DNA of 64,000 bases from an uncultured Gemmatimonadales bacterium (GCA_963783385.1 CAWANJ010000001.1:32001-96000), one strand, 5' to 3'; shown: positions 39,594 to 51,133, counted from the first letter of the stretch. A program made the numbers and translations. Notes: generated from the letters alone by a model not told the origin.

Positions 39594-39801
39594 CCAGGGG
39601 CGAGGCGCGGCCCCGGAGACGACCCTCCGGGTGCGCCCGCCCGGGGGCTACGCCTGCGACGTCACGGTGCGGCGCGACGTGCCGCGCCAGGCCATCAGCC
39701 GGAAGATGGCCGGCACCCCCGGCGACCTGGCGAACCTGCGCGAGATTCTCAGGACGCTCGCTCCCGCCGCCTGAAGCGTCCCGGTCATCGGCCGGTGGGC
39801 C

Positions 39802-42800
39802 TCAGCCGCCCCCCTTCTTCCCATTGCCGGCCGCGCTCTTGTCGGGATAGGCCGGCGCGGGCGGCACCGGGTTCGGGTGCTCCCGCATCTCCTTCCGGAG
39901 CTCCTGCACGGCGGCGCGGAGCTGCGCGTCGTGGCCCCCGAAGGTCTGGTGCGGCGCGTTGTCGACCTCGATGTCGGGATCGACCCCGTGACCCTCGATG
40001 AGCCACTGCCCCTTCGGGCCGTACACGCCCATCTCGGCCGCCGAGGCGATGCCGCCATCCACGAGCACGTTGTCGAAGCTGAGCCAGATCTCCCCGCCCC
40101 ACGTCCGGGTGCCGAGCAGCTTGCCCAGCCCCAGCCGCCGAAAGCCCGCGCTGAACGCCTCGCCGTCGGATGCGGTGTGCTCGTTGATGAGCGCGATCGT
40201 GGGCCCGCGGAAGGCCTCCTGCATGTTCCAGCGTGGGCGCCTCCTTGCGAGCCTTGAAGTACATCCAGGCGCGCCGCATGAGTTTCTCCAGGATCCAGCT
40301 GTCGATGTTGCCGCCCCGGTTGTTGCGCACGTCGATGATGAGGGCCTGGCGGTCGAACACGGGGTAGAACTGGCGCTCCCATGCGGCGATGTCCGAGGAG
40401 CCCATGGCGCGCAGGTGCACGTACCCGATCGAGTCGTGGCTGAGGCTGTCGACCTCGAGCCGGCGCGTGTACTCCCACTCGTCGTAGCGCAGGTCGGCGG
40501 CCTGCCGCTCGCCGATGGGCGTCACGATGGCCCGGCGCTCCGCGCCGCCGGCCGCCGGCCGGATCGACAGCAGGATCTGCTTGCCCGCCTTGTGCCGCAG
40601 GAGGGCGCGGTAGTCCGGGACGGACAGCGTCGAGACGCCGTCGATGGCCGTGAGCACGTCGCCGTCGCGCGCCTCGACGCCCGGCCGGGCCAGCGGCGAG
40701 AGCTGGTCGGGAAGGTCGGGGTCGGCGCGGTAGATGTGCTCGACCCTGTAGCCGCCGGCCTTCGGATCCCGCTGCAGCCGCGCCCCGAGCGAGGCCACCT
40801 GGATGGTGTCCTGGCCCGGGCGCATGTCGCCGCCCACCACGAAGGTGTGGAGCGCCGAGAGCTCGGCCACCATCTGGCCGATCACGTCGGACAGCTCCTC
40901 GCGGTCCGTGACCCGCCGCGCCAGCGGGAGGTACTTCTCCTCCATGGCCGGCCAATCGACGCCGTGCATGCCGGGGTCGTAGAAGTAGTCACGGTGCAGC
41001 CGCCAGGCCTCCCGAAACATCTCCATGTACTCGCGCCTCGGGTCCACCTGCAGGGTCCAGTCCCCCAGGTCGACCTGGTCATCGGCCAGCTTGGAAGGAG
41101 GCTTGGGGCCGGCGCCGAACACGTACAGGTCGTCCCCCTTCCGCACCAGGATCTTCTTCCCATCAGCCGACAGCTCGTAGCTGCGCACGCCCTCGACGAG
41201 GGTGGTGGGCTCGGGCTCGTGGTTGGTGATCTCGAGCGCCTCGAGCTTCCTGGTGCGCCGCTCCCCGTTCTCCGACGAGAGCCAGAAGAGCGTCCCGTCC
41301 CCCGCCGACAGGTCGGCGTAGTTGCCGGGCGGGACCGGGACCTCCTCCAGGCGGTCCTGGATCCCCTGAAGCTGGACCCGTACCCGCGGGGGGCGTCGAG
41401 GTCGTGTCGGACCCACCCTTCCCCCTCGCCGTGCGATCCGCCCCCGCCTTGCCACCGCGCTCGCCGGACGCCGACGGACGCGGGCTCGAGCTCGTCGTCG
41501 GGCCGGAAGGGCGAGCGCGTGCCGGGCTCGAGGGCGAGCGCGTAGATCCTGGTGGTGCGGGTGAAGTAGGGCTCGGGCTGCCGGGCGCCCCACGGCGAGC
41601 CCACCGAGGACACGAAGTGCCGGTCGGAGAGGAGGTACAGCCACTTCCCGTCCCGGCTCCATGAGGGCGAGTAACTGGCGTAGCGCGTCGTCGTCACGGG
41701 TGTCGTCGAGCCGTCGTCCACGCCGTACAGGACGACCCGCTCGAACCCGTTCTCGAGCGGCTCCACGTAGGCCAGCCAGCGCGAGTCGGGCGACCAGGCC
41801 AGGTCCCCGAAGTCCCCGTACTCCGAGCGGGCGATCTCCTTGGAGCGCCCCGTGGAGGTGTCCAGGATCCAGAGCCGGTGGTCCTTGTCGTAATGGGCGA
41901 CGCGACGCCCGTCCGGCGCGGGAACGGCGTCCCAGCGCATGATCGTGCCGTCGTGGGTGAGCTGACGTGGCTTGCCGACGCCGTTGGCCGGCAGCTTCCA
42001 GATCTCGACCTCTCCGGTGGAGTCCGACAGCGCAATCAGCGAGTCGCCGCCGGGAGTGAAGCGGGCCCGCCGGTAACGCACGCTGTTGGTGCGTGTCGCT
42101 TCCACGAAGCGGCCCTGCCGCGCGGGGGCCACGAACAGCTGCCCGCGGGCCGTGAGGACGACCCGGTCGCCCGTGGGGGAGAGGTGGACGGCGGTCAGGT
42201 AGTCCATCGGGTCGTGGACCCAGTGGGGCCGAAGCTGGTCGAAGTCGGAGGCCAGGCGAATGGGAACGGTCCGATCCTGGCCGGAGGCGATGTCGAGCAC
42301 GTGGAGGTCGGCGCCGGCCTGGTACACGACGCGGCCGTCGGAGAGGGAGGGTGACTCGAGGTTGTAGACCTCGTGGTGCGTGAGCTCGTTAGGTCTCCGC
42401 CGTTCTCGTCCATGGACCACAGGTTCATGACGCCGTCGCGGTCCGAGGCGAACACGACCCGGCCCTCCCACAGCATCGGGTCCTTGCTCGTGCCCGGATA
42501 GTCGGTGGTCAGCGGCGTGGCCTCCTTCGCTCCCGTCTCGTACTTCCACAGCTGCTGCACGCTCCCGCCCTCGTAGCGATCGGTGTGGCTGCCCTGGAAG
42601 GGGAGGCGCGTGAAGTACAGGACCTTGCCATCGGGGCCGTAGACGCCGTCGGAGGCCTGCGCCAGCGGGAGCACCGTGCGATCGTGCGTCGCCGTGTCGA
42701 GAGCCACGAGCTGCGCGTTGGGAAGGGTCGAGTAATGACGCGTCGTGTACAGGATCCGTCCGTCGGGCGTCCATCCGACCACGGTCGCCCCGCCGCCGTC

Positions 42801-43230
42801 CCAGCTCCGCCTCACGGGCACGCCGCCCGCGATCGGCATCGTGTACACCTCGGTCGGGCCCTCGTAGGAAGCCGTGAACGCGAGCGTGCGGCCATCGGGC
42901 GAGAAGGCCGCGTCCCGCTCCTCCCGCAGCCCGGTCGTGAGCCGTCGTGCCTCGCCGCCGTGGATCCCGACCGACCACAGGTCGCCCTCCGCCGTGAACA
43001 CGATCGTCGTGTCGTACAGGGCCGGATACCGGTAATAGCCCGGCTCGTCGGCGCTGTCGGGCGCCGGCCGCCCGGACGGCGCGCGGCCCGGCGCCCGGTG
43101 GCCGGGGCCGCGCTGTGGCGAAGGCGGTCGGCGAGGAGGCGGCGATCGCGGGGGCCGGGGCGGTCGCGGTCAGCGAGGCGACGAAGATCAGGACGGTGGA
43201 GAGCACCGACGAACGGCGGGCGGTCATCAC
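39802..43230 (-). CDS. Tricorn-like S41 protease, secreted (about four frameshifts)
   Basis: FTAEGDLW propeller start, DYFYDPGMHGVDW, ELSALHT, PDZ, IIDVRNNRGGN, ASDGEAF, GTRTWGG, IEGHGVDPD. Frame changes near 43050, 42390, 41400 and 40230. Confidence 0.92.
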
Positions 43231-43299
43231 GGGCTCCTTGACGCGGGTGGTCGTGCGCGCGGCCCCGGCCCGGCACGGCCCGGCGAGGCCGGCCCAACG

Positions 43300-44736
43300 C
43301 TAGAGGAGATCACCCTCCCCGGCAAGGCGCTCGGCGCGGCGCGCGATGGCCCGCACCAGTCCTCCGAAGATCACCGCGTGCGCCGGATACAGCCCGTACC
43401 AGTACAGGAGCCCCGGCAGGCCCCGCGGCGCGAAGTAGGCGGTCTGCACCAGGCGCGTCCCCTCGCCTTCGCCGCGCGTCTCCCACTGGAGCCAGGCCCG
43501 ACCGGGGAGCCTCATCTCGGCGTGCAGCCGCAGTCGCTCCGGCGGCTGCACGACCTCCGCGCGCCAGAAGTCGACCGCCTCGCCCACACGCAGCTCGTCG
43601 GGATGGCGCCGGCCGCGCCGCAGCCCCGGCCCCCCGGCCACCCGGTCCAGGAGCCCCCGCAGCCGCCACGCCCACGACCAGGCCGGCCAGCCCCGGTCGC
43701 CTCCCAGTCCCGAGAACACGCGGTACACGACCTCGGGCGGGGCCGCCACGCGTAGCTCGCGCGCCTCGCGTACGAGCCCCTCCCGCTCCTCGAGCACACG
43801 GGGGCCGGGCCGTCCGAGCGCGTCGGACCAGCGCGTGATCACGGCCCCGGACACGGTCTCGTCCAGCGCCCGGCGGACCGCCTCCCGGTAGGGAAGCGGC
43901 TCGATCCCGGGATACAGCCGGCGCGCCCGTTCGACGTCCGCGGTCACCGGCTGGAGGACGCCCTCGATGAGGGGGACGGCCAGCCGGTTGGGGATCGGCG
44001 TGACGAGGCCCACCCAGCGCGCGGCCAGGCTCGGCGCCAGGACCGGAACCGGGAGGATGATCCGCTTCAGCCCCCGGACCTCGGCGTACACCTCCATCAT
44101 GCTCCGGAAGGTGAGGACGTCGGCTCCCACTTCGATCACCTCGCCCGGTCTCCCCTCGCCGGCCTCCAGCAGGTAGGAGAGAATGTCGTCGACCGCGATC
44201 GGCTGCACCGGGTTTCGGATCCAGCGCGGCGCCACCATGAGCGGGAGCCGCTCGGTCAGGTAGCGCACCATTTCGAAGGACGCCGAGCCGGAGCCGATGA
44301 CCGGTCCGGCCCTCAGCTCGGTGGCGTCACACCCCCGGCGGAGGACGGCGCCGACCTCGGCGCGGCTGGACAGGTGCTCCGAGCGGACCGCTCCCCCCGG
44401 GACCAGTCCCCCCAGATAGACCACGTGGCACGCGGCCTCCCGGGCGGCCGCGGCGAACGCGGCCGCGCCACGGCGGTCCCGCTCGGCGAAGTCGCCGCCG
44501 GCCCCCATCGAGTGGACCAGGTAATAGGCGACGTCGCACCCGGCGAGCGCCGGCCCGAGCGACGCCGGTTCGAGCACGTCCCCGGCGACCACCTCGACCT
44601 CGGACGCCCAGGGCGCGCCCGCGGCCCGGTCCGGGTCGCGCACGAGGGCCCGGACGCCGTGGCCCCGCGCCAGGAGCAGCGGTAGGAGCCGGCCACCAAT
44701 GTAGCCGGTGGCTCCGGTGACCAGGATGCGCACCAC
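43300..44736 (-). CDS. YbjT-like atypical SDR with DUF2867 domain
   Basis: TGATGYIGG, YYLVHSM, GSGSASFEM, RGLLDRVAGGPGLRRGRRHP, AEMRLPGRAWL. Confidence 0.92.
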   Translation of the reverse strand: MVRILVTGATGYIGGRLLPLLLARGHGVRALVRDPDRAAGAPWASEVEVVAGDVLEPASLGPALAGCDVAYYLVHSMGAGGDFAERDRRGAAAFAAAAREAACHVVYLGGLVPGGAVRSEHLSSRAEVGAVLRRGCDATELRAGPVIGSGSASFEMVRYLTERLPLMVAPRWIRNPVQPIAVDDILSYLLEAGEGRPGEVIEVGADVLTFRSMMEVYAEVRGLKRIILPVPVLAPSLAARWVGLVTPIPNRLAVPLIEGVLQPVTADVERARRLYPGIEPLPYREAVRRALDETVSGAVITRWSDALGRPGPRVLEEREGLVREARELRVAAPPEVVYRVFSGLGGDRGWPAWSWAWRLRGLLDRVAGGPGLRRGRRHPDELRVGEAVDFWRAEVVQPPERLRLHAEMRLPGRAWLQWETRGEGEGTRLVQTAYFAPRGLPGLLYWYGLYPAHAVIFGGLVRAIARRAERLAGEGDLL

Positions 44737-44756
44737 GTTCGTCCTCCGCCGGGGCC

Positions 44757-47183
44757 TCAGACCGCGCGGCGCCGCGCGAGCCGCGCTTCCATGGCCTCGG
44801 GCGGGAGCGGCGCGTCGAAGAAGAAGCCCTGCGCCCACTGGCAGCCGACCGAGCGCGCCGCGTCGCGTTGCGGCTCCGACTCAATGCCCTCGGCCACCAC
44901 CGGGAGACCCAAATGCTGTCCCAGGGTGGCCACCGCCCGGCAGATGGCCAGGTCCGAGGGATCGCCTGGCAGACCGTGCGTGAAGCTCATGTCGAGCTTG
45001 AGCACGTCCAGCGACAGCGTCTTCAGGTACTGGAGGCTGGCGTAGCCGGTCCCGAAATCGTCGAGCGCCACGCGGCAGCCCAGGCCCCGCAGCCGGGCCG
45101 TGTGCTCGGGCCGGAGCATGGCGCCCGTCTCGGTGACCTCGAACACGAGGCGGGCCGGATCCATGCCCGTTTCGTCGAGGACGTGACGCACGCGGCCCAT
45201 GAGGTCCGGGTCGTCGAACTGACGCGGACTCAGGTTCACGAAAAGGGTCACGGCGTCCTCTCCGACGCGCCACGCCGAGCTCTCGCGGCAGGCTCGACGC
45301 AGGATCGCCTCCCCCAGGGAGAGGATGAGGCCCGTCTGCTCCGCCACCGGGATGAACTCGGCGGGCGGGCACAGGCCGCGCCCGGGATGCTCCCACCGCG
45401 CCAGCACCTCCGCCCCCACCACCTCTCCCGTCTGGAGGGAGACCACGGGCTGATAGTGGCATACGAAGGCGTCGGTGAGGATGCCGCGGCGGATCTCGTT
45501 CTCGAGCTCGAGGCGGCCCTGCTCCCGCCAGGTCCAGTCCTCCTCCGGATGGAACAGCCGGTACGCGGGACCCGGCTCCCGCTTGGCCCGGTAGAGAGCC
45601 AGATCGGCCGCCCGCACCAGCCGGTCCACGTCCGGCAGCTCCCCCTCGATCCAGCTCGCTCCCGGCCCCACGTACACCAGGCCGACGCTGGCCGAGAGGT
45701 GGATCTCCTGGTCGTCCGCCAGGAGCGGCCTCCGGAACAGGCCCGTGAGACGCTCGCCGGCGGCGGTCGCCTCCGCCTCGCTCTTCAATCCGGCCAGAAG
45801 GACCATGAACTCGTCCCCTCCCACCCTGGCCACGGTGTCGTGGCCGCGGAAGGCGTCCCGGAGTCGGGCAGCGGCCCGCTGGAGCACCGTGTCCCCGGCC
45901 TGGTGCCCCAGACTGTCGTTCACCCGCTTGAACCCATCCAGGTCCACGAACAGGAGAGCGAGCCCCTGCCCGTTCCTGTGGTGGTGCTCCAGCGCCATCG
46001 CGGCCCGGTCGTGGAAGAGGGTGCGGTTGGGCAGGTCGGTGAGGGAATCGTGCAGAGCCCGCCGCCGCAGCTCCTGCTCGAGAGCGCGCTGCCGGGTGAC
46101 GTCCCGGACGATGCCCTGGAAGCCGATCGGCCGACCGTCGACGTCGCGGACGACGGTGGCGCTCAGGAGCGCCGTGATGGCGCGACCACCGCGTCCCCGG
46201 AGCGCGACCTCGAAGTCGCGCACCGAACCGTGCTCCAGGATGACCCTGCGGAAGTCGGCCCGATCCTCCGGGTCGGCGTACAGGGTGAGCGCATCCGCCC
46301 CGACCGCCTCCCCCGGACGGAATCCGAACAACTCGCGAAACGCCCGGTTGGCCTCGACGATCGTCCCGTCCAGCTGGCTGAAGTAGACCGCCTCCTGCAC
46401 CTCCTCGAACAGGGTAGCGTAGCGGGACTCGGTGGCCCGCGCCGTCTCCTCGGCCCGGAGCTGGTCGGTGATGTCCAGCGCGAGTCCGACCGCGCCCACC
46501 AGGACGCCGTCGGGGTCACGCTGCGGCTCGACCCGAACCCGGTAGTGCCGTCCGGCCCACTGGGTCGCGTAGCTCACCGGCTCGCCCGTCTCGAGGACGG
46601 TCCGGTGCGCCGCGATGGACTCGAACCCGGGCTCGTCGGTGCCGAAGAACTCCTGCAGGGTCACGCCGACCGTCTGACCCGGGTCGAGGCCGAGCGCCTG
46701 AAGACCGGCGCCAATGCTCTGCGTGAAGCGCAGGTCCCGGTCCACCGCCCACAGGATGGCCGGCACCTGCTCCAGGAACAGGCCCAGCCGACGTCGATCG
46801 GTCCGGAGGCCCTGGAGGGCCCGGGCGTGCTCCTCCGCCGTCACGCTGGCCCGGCGACCGCGCCACACCAGCCAGGCCGAGGCCCAGATGACCAGGCCGA
46901 TCACCAGCCGGTTCACCAGGAGAACGTGGCTGTAGCCATGCTGTCCGAGCACCGGCCCCAGGGCGGCCAGAGTCGTGGACAGAGCCGCGATGGCGAAGGG
47001 GAACAGGGCCCCCGGATACCAGGATCCGACCAGCACGGCCAGCACGTAAGGCACGACGCCCAGGGCGCGGAACGGCGGGCTGGAGACGTCGTAGGCGAAG
47101 GTGAGCGCGCACACGAGGACGGCGAGCGCCACGGGCATCACCCGGGCCCGGCGGCCGGCGGACTGCAATGCGGGGCGGCTCAA
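44757..47183 (-). CDS. Membrane-anchored PAS-PAS-GGDEF-EAL protein
   Basis: N-terminal TM helices, two PAS domains, intact GGDEF, EVLARW, DDFGTGYASL, AEGIE. Start uncertain. Confidence 0.93.
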   Translation of the reverse strand: MSRPALQSAGRRARVMPVALAVLVCALTFAYDVSSPPFRALGVVPYVLAVLVGSWYPGALFPFAIAALSTTLAALGPVLGQHGYSHVLLVNRLVIGLVIWASAWLVWRGRRASVTAEEHARALQGLRTDRRRLGLFLEQVPAILWAVDRDLRFTQSIGAGLQALGLDPGQTVGVTLQEFFGTDEPGFESIAAHRTVLETGEPVSYATQWAGRHYRVRVEPQRDPDGVLVGAVGLALDITDQLRAEETARATESRYATLFEEVQEAVYFSQLDGTIVEANRAFRELFGFRPGEAVGADALTLYADPEDRADFRRVILEHGSVRDFEVALRGRGGRAITALLSATVVRDVDGRPIGFQGIVRDVTRQRALEQELRRRALHDSLTDLPNRTLFHDRAAMALEHHHRNGQGLALLFVDLDGFKRVNDSLGHQAGDTVLQRAAARLRDAFRGHDTVARVGGDEFMVLLAGLKSEAEATAAGERLTGLFRRPLLADDQEIHLSASVGLVYVGPGASWIEGELPDVDRLVRAADLALYRAKREPGPAYRLFHPEEDWTWREQGRLELENEIRRGILTDAFVCHYQPVVSLQTGEVVGAEVLARWEHPGRGLCPPAEFIPVAEQTGLILSLGEAILRRACRESSAWRVGEDAVTLFVNLSPRQFDDPDLMGRVRHVLDETGMDPARLVFEVTETGAMLRPEHTARLRGLGCRVALDDFGTGYASLQYLKTLSLDVLKLDMSFTHGLPGDPSDLAICRAVATLGQHLGLPVVAEGIESEPQRDAARSVGCQWAQGFFFDAPLPPEAMEARLARRRAV

Positions 47184-47363
47184 GACGGGTCACCTCGTAG
47201 AGAGCGGTCGACGGCGCACGCGCGGACCGGCCGCTCAACATAGCGAGAGCGGTGCGCCGGGGACACGACCGCCGGCACCGCCCCCGGTGCGGACGCCGGC
47301 ACTCGAGACCGGTTCGGGGTACATTCGGGGTGCGCCGACCGACGATCCCCGTACCCCGGACCC

Positions 47364-49565
47364 ATGGCACCCCTGGATCCCCTGGACAGACTGAACCCCG
47401 AGCAGCGGCGGGCCGCAGAGCACGTGGAGGGCCCCCTCCTCGTGCTGGCCGGCGCCGGGAGTGGCAAGACGCGCGTGCTCACGACCCGGGTGGCCCGGCT
47501 CATCGACGAGCACGGCGTGCCGCCCGAGCGCATCCTCGCCGTCACCTTCACGAACCGGGCGGCCGCCGAGATGCGCGAGCGCATCGAGCGTCTCCTCGGG
47601 GGGCCGCCCGCCGGCCTGTGGGCCGGCACCTTCCACGCGTTCGGGGCCTGGCTGCTGCGGCGGCACGCCCCGTCGATCGGCCACTCTCGCCGCTTCTCCA
47701 TCCACGACGCGGACGAGTCGCTGGCCCAGGTGGGCCGGGCCCTGGACGACCTGGGGCTCGACCGTCAACGGTGGCGCCCGCGGGCCATCCGGGGCCGGAT
47801 CGCCGCCGCCAAGCACTGGCTGCTCACGCCGGACGCTCACGCCGCCATGCTGGGCGCCGATCCGAAGCCGCTCGAGCGCGTGGTTCGCGACGTCTACGCC
47901 GCCTACCAGTCGGCGCTGGCCCGGCAGGACGCGCTCGACTTCGAGGACCTGCTCATGAAGGCGGTCGAGCTCCTGCGGGACGAGCCCGAGATCCTGGAGC
48001 GCTACCGTCGCCGGTTCGCGTTCATCCTGGTCGACGAGTACCAGGACACGAACCACGCGCAGTACCGTCTCGTCCAGCTGCTGGCCGCCGGGCACCGGAA
48101 CCTCATGGTCGTGGGCGATGACGACCAGTCGATCTATGGATGGAGGGGCGCGGACATCCGGAACATCTTCGAGTTCGAGGAGGACTTCGAGGGCTGCCGG
48201 ACCGTTCGACTGGAGCAGAACTACCGTTCCACGGGCCGCATCCTGGCCGCGGCGAACGCGGTCATCGCCCACAACCGCAAGCGCAAGGCGAAGACTCTCT
48301 ACACCGACGGGCCCGAGGGGGAGAAGCTCCTCGTCGTGCGGGCGTCCGACGACCGGACCGAGGCGCGCTGGATCGCGGACGCGATCGAGGAGGGCGTGAC
48401 CTCGGCCGACGGCCACCGCTACCGCGACTTCGCCATCCTGTACCGGACCAACGCGCAGTCCCGAGCTCTGGAGGACGCGATCCGCCGGCGCGGCATGCCC
48501 TACCAGATCGTGGGCGGCGTCCGCTTCTACGAGCGACGGGAGATCCGGGACGTCCTCGCCTACCTGCGCCTGATCTCGAACCCGCGCAATGTGGCCGCGT
48601 TCGAGCGGGCGGTGCGCTGGCCTCGCCGCGGGGTGGGGGAGGTCACGCGCGGGCGCCTGCTGGCCTGGGCGCGGGAGACCGACCTCACACCCGTCGAGGC
48701 GGCCACGAGGGCCCGGGAGGCCGCGGACGTCCCGGCGGCCGGCGCGCGCGGGCTCGAGGCCTTCGGCGAGATGATCGGCCGCTACCGGTCCCTGGCGCGG
48801 GCGGTGCCGGCCGCGGAGCTCCTCCGGCGCCTCGTCGAGGAGCTCGACCTGCTGCAGGCCCTGCGCGAGGAGGGGCCCGAAGGGGAGGAGCGGGCCGACA
48901 ACGTGTCCGAGCTGGTGGGGGCGGCGGCCGAGGTCGACGAGCGCGGCGCGCGGCCGCGGGAGGGCGCCGCCGTGCCCCTCACGCCGGAGGCCGAGCTCAC
49001 ATCGCTGGATCGGTTCCTCCAGGAGGTCGCGCTGGTGGCGGACGTGGACCGCGCGGATCCGGACGCCGACGCCGTGCTGCTCATGACGCTCCACAACAGC
49101 AAGGGCCTCGAGTTCCCACGGGTCTTCCTGGCCGGCATGGAGGAAGGGCTGTGCCCGCACTCGCGCTCAGCCGGCTCGGAAGACGACCTGGAGGAGGAGC
49201 GGCGCCTGTTCTACGTGGGGCTCACGCGTGCCCGCGAGCGGGTCGTTCTCACACACGCCGCTTCGCGGCGCCGGTTCGGCCGCCGGAGCTGGTCGGCGCC
49301 CTCGTCCTTCCTGCGCGAGCTGCCGGCCGAGCACGTGGAGGAGCTCCGTACCGGGCTCGCCGGGACACCGGACGTCGAGGACGCCCGCTCCGTCGACTGC
49401 CCCTTCGAAGTCGGCGACGCGGTTCGCCACCCGCGGTTCGGCGAGGGAACGGTGGTCGAGGTCCATGCGGAGGGAGGCGATCCCCGGCTCGTCGTCACCT
49501 TCGCGGACGGACGTACGCGTCACCTCATCCTGGCGTACGCGCGGCTGGAACCCGTCTCCGACTAG
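47364..49565 (+). CDS. pcrA: UvrD/PcrA superfamily 1 DNA helicase
   Basis: AGAGSGKT, TFTNRAA, VDEYQDTN, GDDDQSIYGWRGA, LEQNYRS, EEERRLFYVGLTRA, C-terminal Tudor-like HPRFGEG. Confidence 0.95.
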   Translation: MAPLDPLDRLNPEQRRAAEHVEGPLLVLAGAGSGKTRVLTTRVARLIDEHGVPPERILAVTFTNRAAAEMRERIERLLGGPPAGLWAGTFHAFGAWLLRRHAPSIGHSRRFSIHDADESLAQVGRALDDLGLDRQRWRPRAIRGRIAAAKHWLLTPDAHAAMLGADPKPLERVVRDVYAAYQSALARQDALDFEDLLMKAVELLRDEPEILERYRRRFAFILVDEYQDTNHAQYRLVQLLAAGHRNLMVVGDDDQSIYGWRGADIRNIFEFEEDFEGCRTVRLEQNYRSTGRILAAANAVIAHNRKRKAKTLYTDGPEGEKLLVVRASDDRTEARWIADAIEEGVTSADGHRYRDFAILYRTNAQSRALEDAIRRRGMPYQIVGGVRFYERREIRDVLAYLRLISNPRNVAAFERAVRWPRRGVGEVTRGRLLAWARETDLTPVEAATRAREAADVPAAGARGLEAFGEMIGRYRSLARAVPAAELLRRLVEELDLLQALREEGPEGEERADNVSELVGAAAEVDERGARPREGAAVPLTPEAELTSLDRFLQEVALVADVDRADPDADAVLLMTLHNSKGLEFPRVFLAGMEEGLCPHSRSAGSEDDLEEERRLFYVGLTRARERVVLTHAASRRRFGRRSWSAPSSFLRELPAEHVEELRTGLAGTPDVEDARSVDCPFEVGDAVRHPRFGEGTVVEVHAEGGDPRLVVTFADGRTRHLILAYARLEPVSD

Positions 49566-49690
49566 CGGTCGGCACCGGCCCCGCCGCACCCGTCCCCCCG
49601 CCGCGCTGTCGGGCCGGCAGGCTCCCTGCCGAGACGGCCCTAGGCGACCGCCAGAGCCCGCAAGAATGGCGGGTTTCGGGCCCCTGGACC

Positions 49691-49705
49691 GGGCACGCGG
49701 ATTGC
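49691..49705 (+). promoter_or_regulatory. Sigma-54 (-24/-12) promoter of hsp20
   Basis: GGGCAC-GCGGA-TTGC about 85 nt upstream of the hsp20 ATG. Confidence 0.65.
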
Positions 49706-49790
49706 GACCCCGAAAGGGGTGCGTTCCGGTGGCGGAGGCCCCGGGACGGGACATCGATGACTGGAAAGCGAGACACGAGGGAGGTGCACG

Positions 49791-50246
49791 ATGCTTCCGG
49801 AGACGACACGGAGGGAACGGGGAGTCGTACGTCGCCCGTGGACGGGGACCCTGCGTCCCGATCTGGCGAACCTGTTCGATGACTTCTTCGGCCGTCCGCT
49901 CAGCACCTGGAGCGCGTGGACGCCGGCGGCGGACCTGTACGAGACGCCCGAGGCCTTCGTCCTCGAGATGGAGCTTCCCGGCTTCGATCTCGACGACATT
50001 GAGCTGACGATGGAGAAGGGCGTGCTCACGGTCGCCGGCGAGCGCAAGACGGAGGAGAAGGAGCAGGAGAAAACCTATCACCTGCAGGAGCGGTCGGTGG
50101 AACGGTTCACCCGCAGCTACGCGCTGCCGCGCTCCGTCGAGGTCGATCGGGTGGACGCCAACTTCTCGAACGGGGTGCTCAAGGTCTTGCTGCCCAAGGC
50201 GGCCGAGGCCAAGCCCCGCCGGATCGAGGTCAAGCCCAAGAAGTAG
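49791..50246 (+). CDS. Hsp20/alpha-crystallin small heat-shock protein
   Basis: PAADLYET, ELPG, LTVAGERK, FTRSYALP, ANFSNGVLKVLLPK, C-terminal IEV. Confidence 0.95.
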   Translation: MLPETTRRERGVVRRPWTGTLRPDLANLFDDFFGRPLSTWSAWTPAADLYETPEAFVLEMELPGFDLDDIELTMEKGVLTVAGERKTEEKEQEKTYHLQERSVERFTRSYALPRSVEVDRVDANFSNGVLKVLLPKAAEAKPRRIEVKPKK

Positions 50247-50287
50247 GGTCGCGGACCGCGGCGACGCCGCGCGTTCGAGGTCGTAGG

Positions 50288-50318
50288 AGGGGGGGCCGCA
50301 GGATCGGCCCCCCTTTCT
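50288..50318 (+). terminator. Intrinsic terminator after hsp20
   Basis: GGGGGGCCG-caggat-CGGCCCCCC followed by TTTCT. Confidence 0.6.
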
Positions 50319-50443
50319 CACGTTCTCCACCCGGCCCCTTCCCGTGCGGTGGCGATGCCGGGCCGGGGCTCGTCTATTGTATGCCGTCGTCGCGCGTGGG
50401 CCGGGTCGCCCCGGCCGACGCTTCCCAGCCACGGAGGCAGGAG

Positions 50444-51133
50444 TTGGAGAGCCACATCTCACGCGAGCCGGTGCGGGACGCCGTGCGCCGGGTTCTGCTG
50501 GAACGACTCCTGGCTCGCGAGCTGGCACCGGGCGAGCGTCTCAACGAGTCGCGGCTGGCGAGCGAGTTCGGTATCAGCCGAACTCCGCTGCGGGAGGCCC
50601 TCCTCCAGCTGGCGTCGGACGGCCTGGTCGAGAGCCGTCCGGGCCGCGGCTTCTTCGTGGCCGGCATGGAGCCGGCGACGGCCCACGACCTGTACGTGCT
50701 CGTCGGCGAGCTCGAGGCGCTCGGCCTCCAGCGCACCGGTCGACCGGACGAGGACACCCTGGAGACCCTCCGGGACCTCGACGCGCGGCGGGCGCGGCGG
50801 CCCGAGGACTACGACGGCGCCCACGCCGTCGACCTGGACATGCAGTGGCACCACGAGCTCCTGGCCGGTTGCCCCAATCGGCCGCTCCTCGACCTGCTGG
50901 AGGTGTGCCGGCGACGCCTGTACCGTTACGTGTACGTCCACGCCGCCGACTTCGGGCTCGTGGGCACGACCGGGCTCGAACAGCACGGGCGCATCCTCCG
51001 TGCGCTGGAGACGGGGCTCGTCGACGAAGCCACCGGCCTGCTCAGGCAGCACTGGCGGTACGCGGCCGACGTGATCCTCCGGCGGCTCGAGGATGCCGAC
51101 CTGTCCCCCGTCCGAAACGGTGACCGGTCCTGA
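50444..51133 (+). CDS. GntR (FCD) family transcriptional regulator
   Basis: PGERLNESRLASEFGISRTPLREAL, DMQWHHEL, EQHGRIL. TTG start chosen from the RBS. Confidence 0.9.
   Translation: MESHISREPVRDAVRRVLLERLLARELAPGERLNESRLASEFGISRTPLREALLQLASDGLVESRPGRGFFVAGMEPATAHDLYVLVGELEALGLQRTGRPDEDTLETLRDLDARRARRPEDYDGAHAVDLDMQWHHELLAGCPNRPLLDLLEVCRRRLYRYVYVHAADFGLVGTTGLEQHGRILRALETGLVDEATGLLRQHWRYAADVILRRLEDADLSPVRNGDRS

Noticed and set aside
39223-39774. 183-aa plus-strand ORF across the intergenic region
   Set aside because: Low-complexity Arg/Pro/Gly translation that overlaps the promoter, enhancer-like sites and hairpins. Only the last ~47 codons look coding-like and may be a remnant.
47364-49565. 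Defence-associated helicase (e.g. Gabija GajB)
   Set aside because: Full-length PcrA/UvrD with C-terminal Tudor-like domain and no partner nuclease; housekeeping repair is the simpler call.
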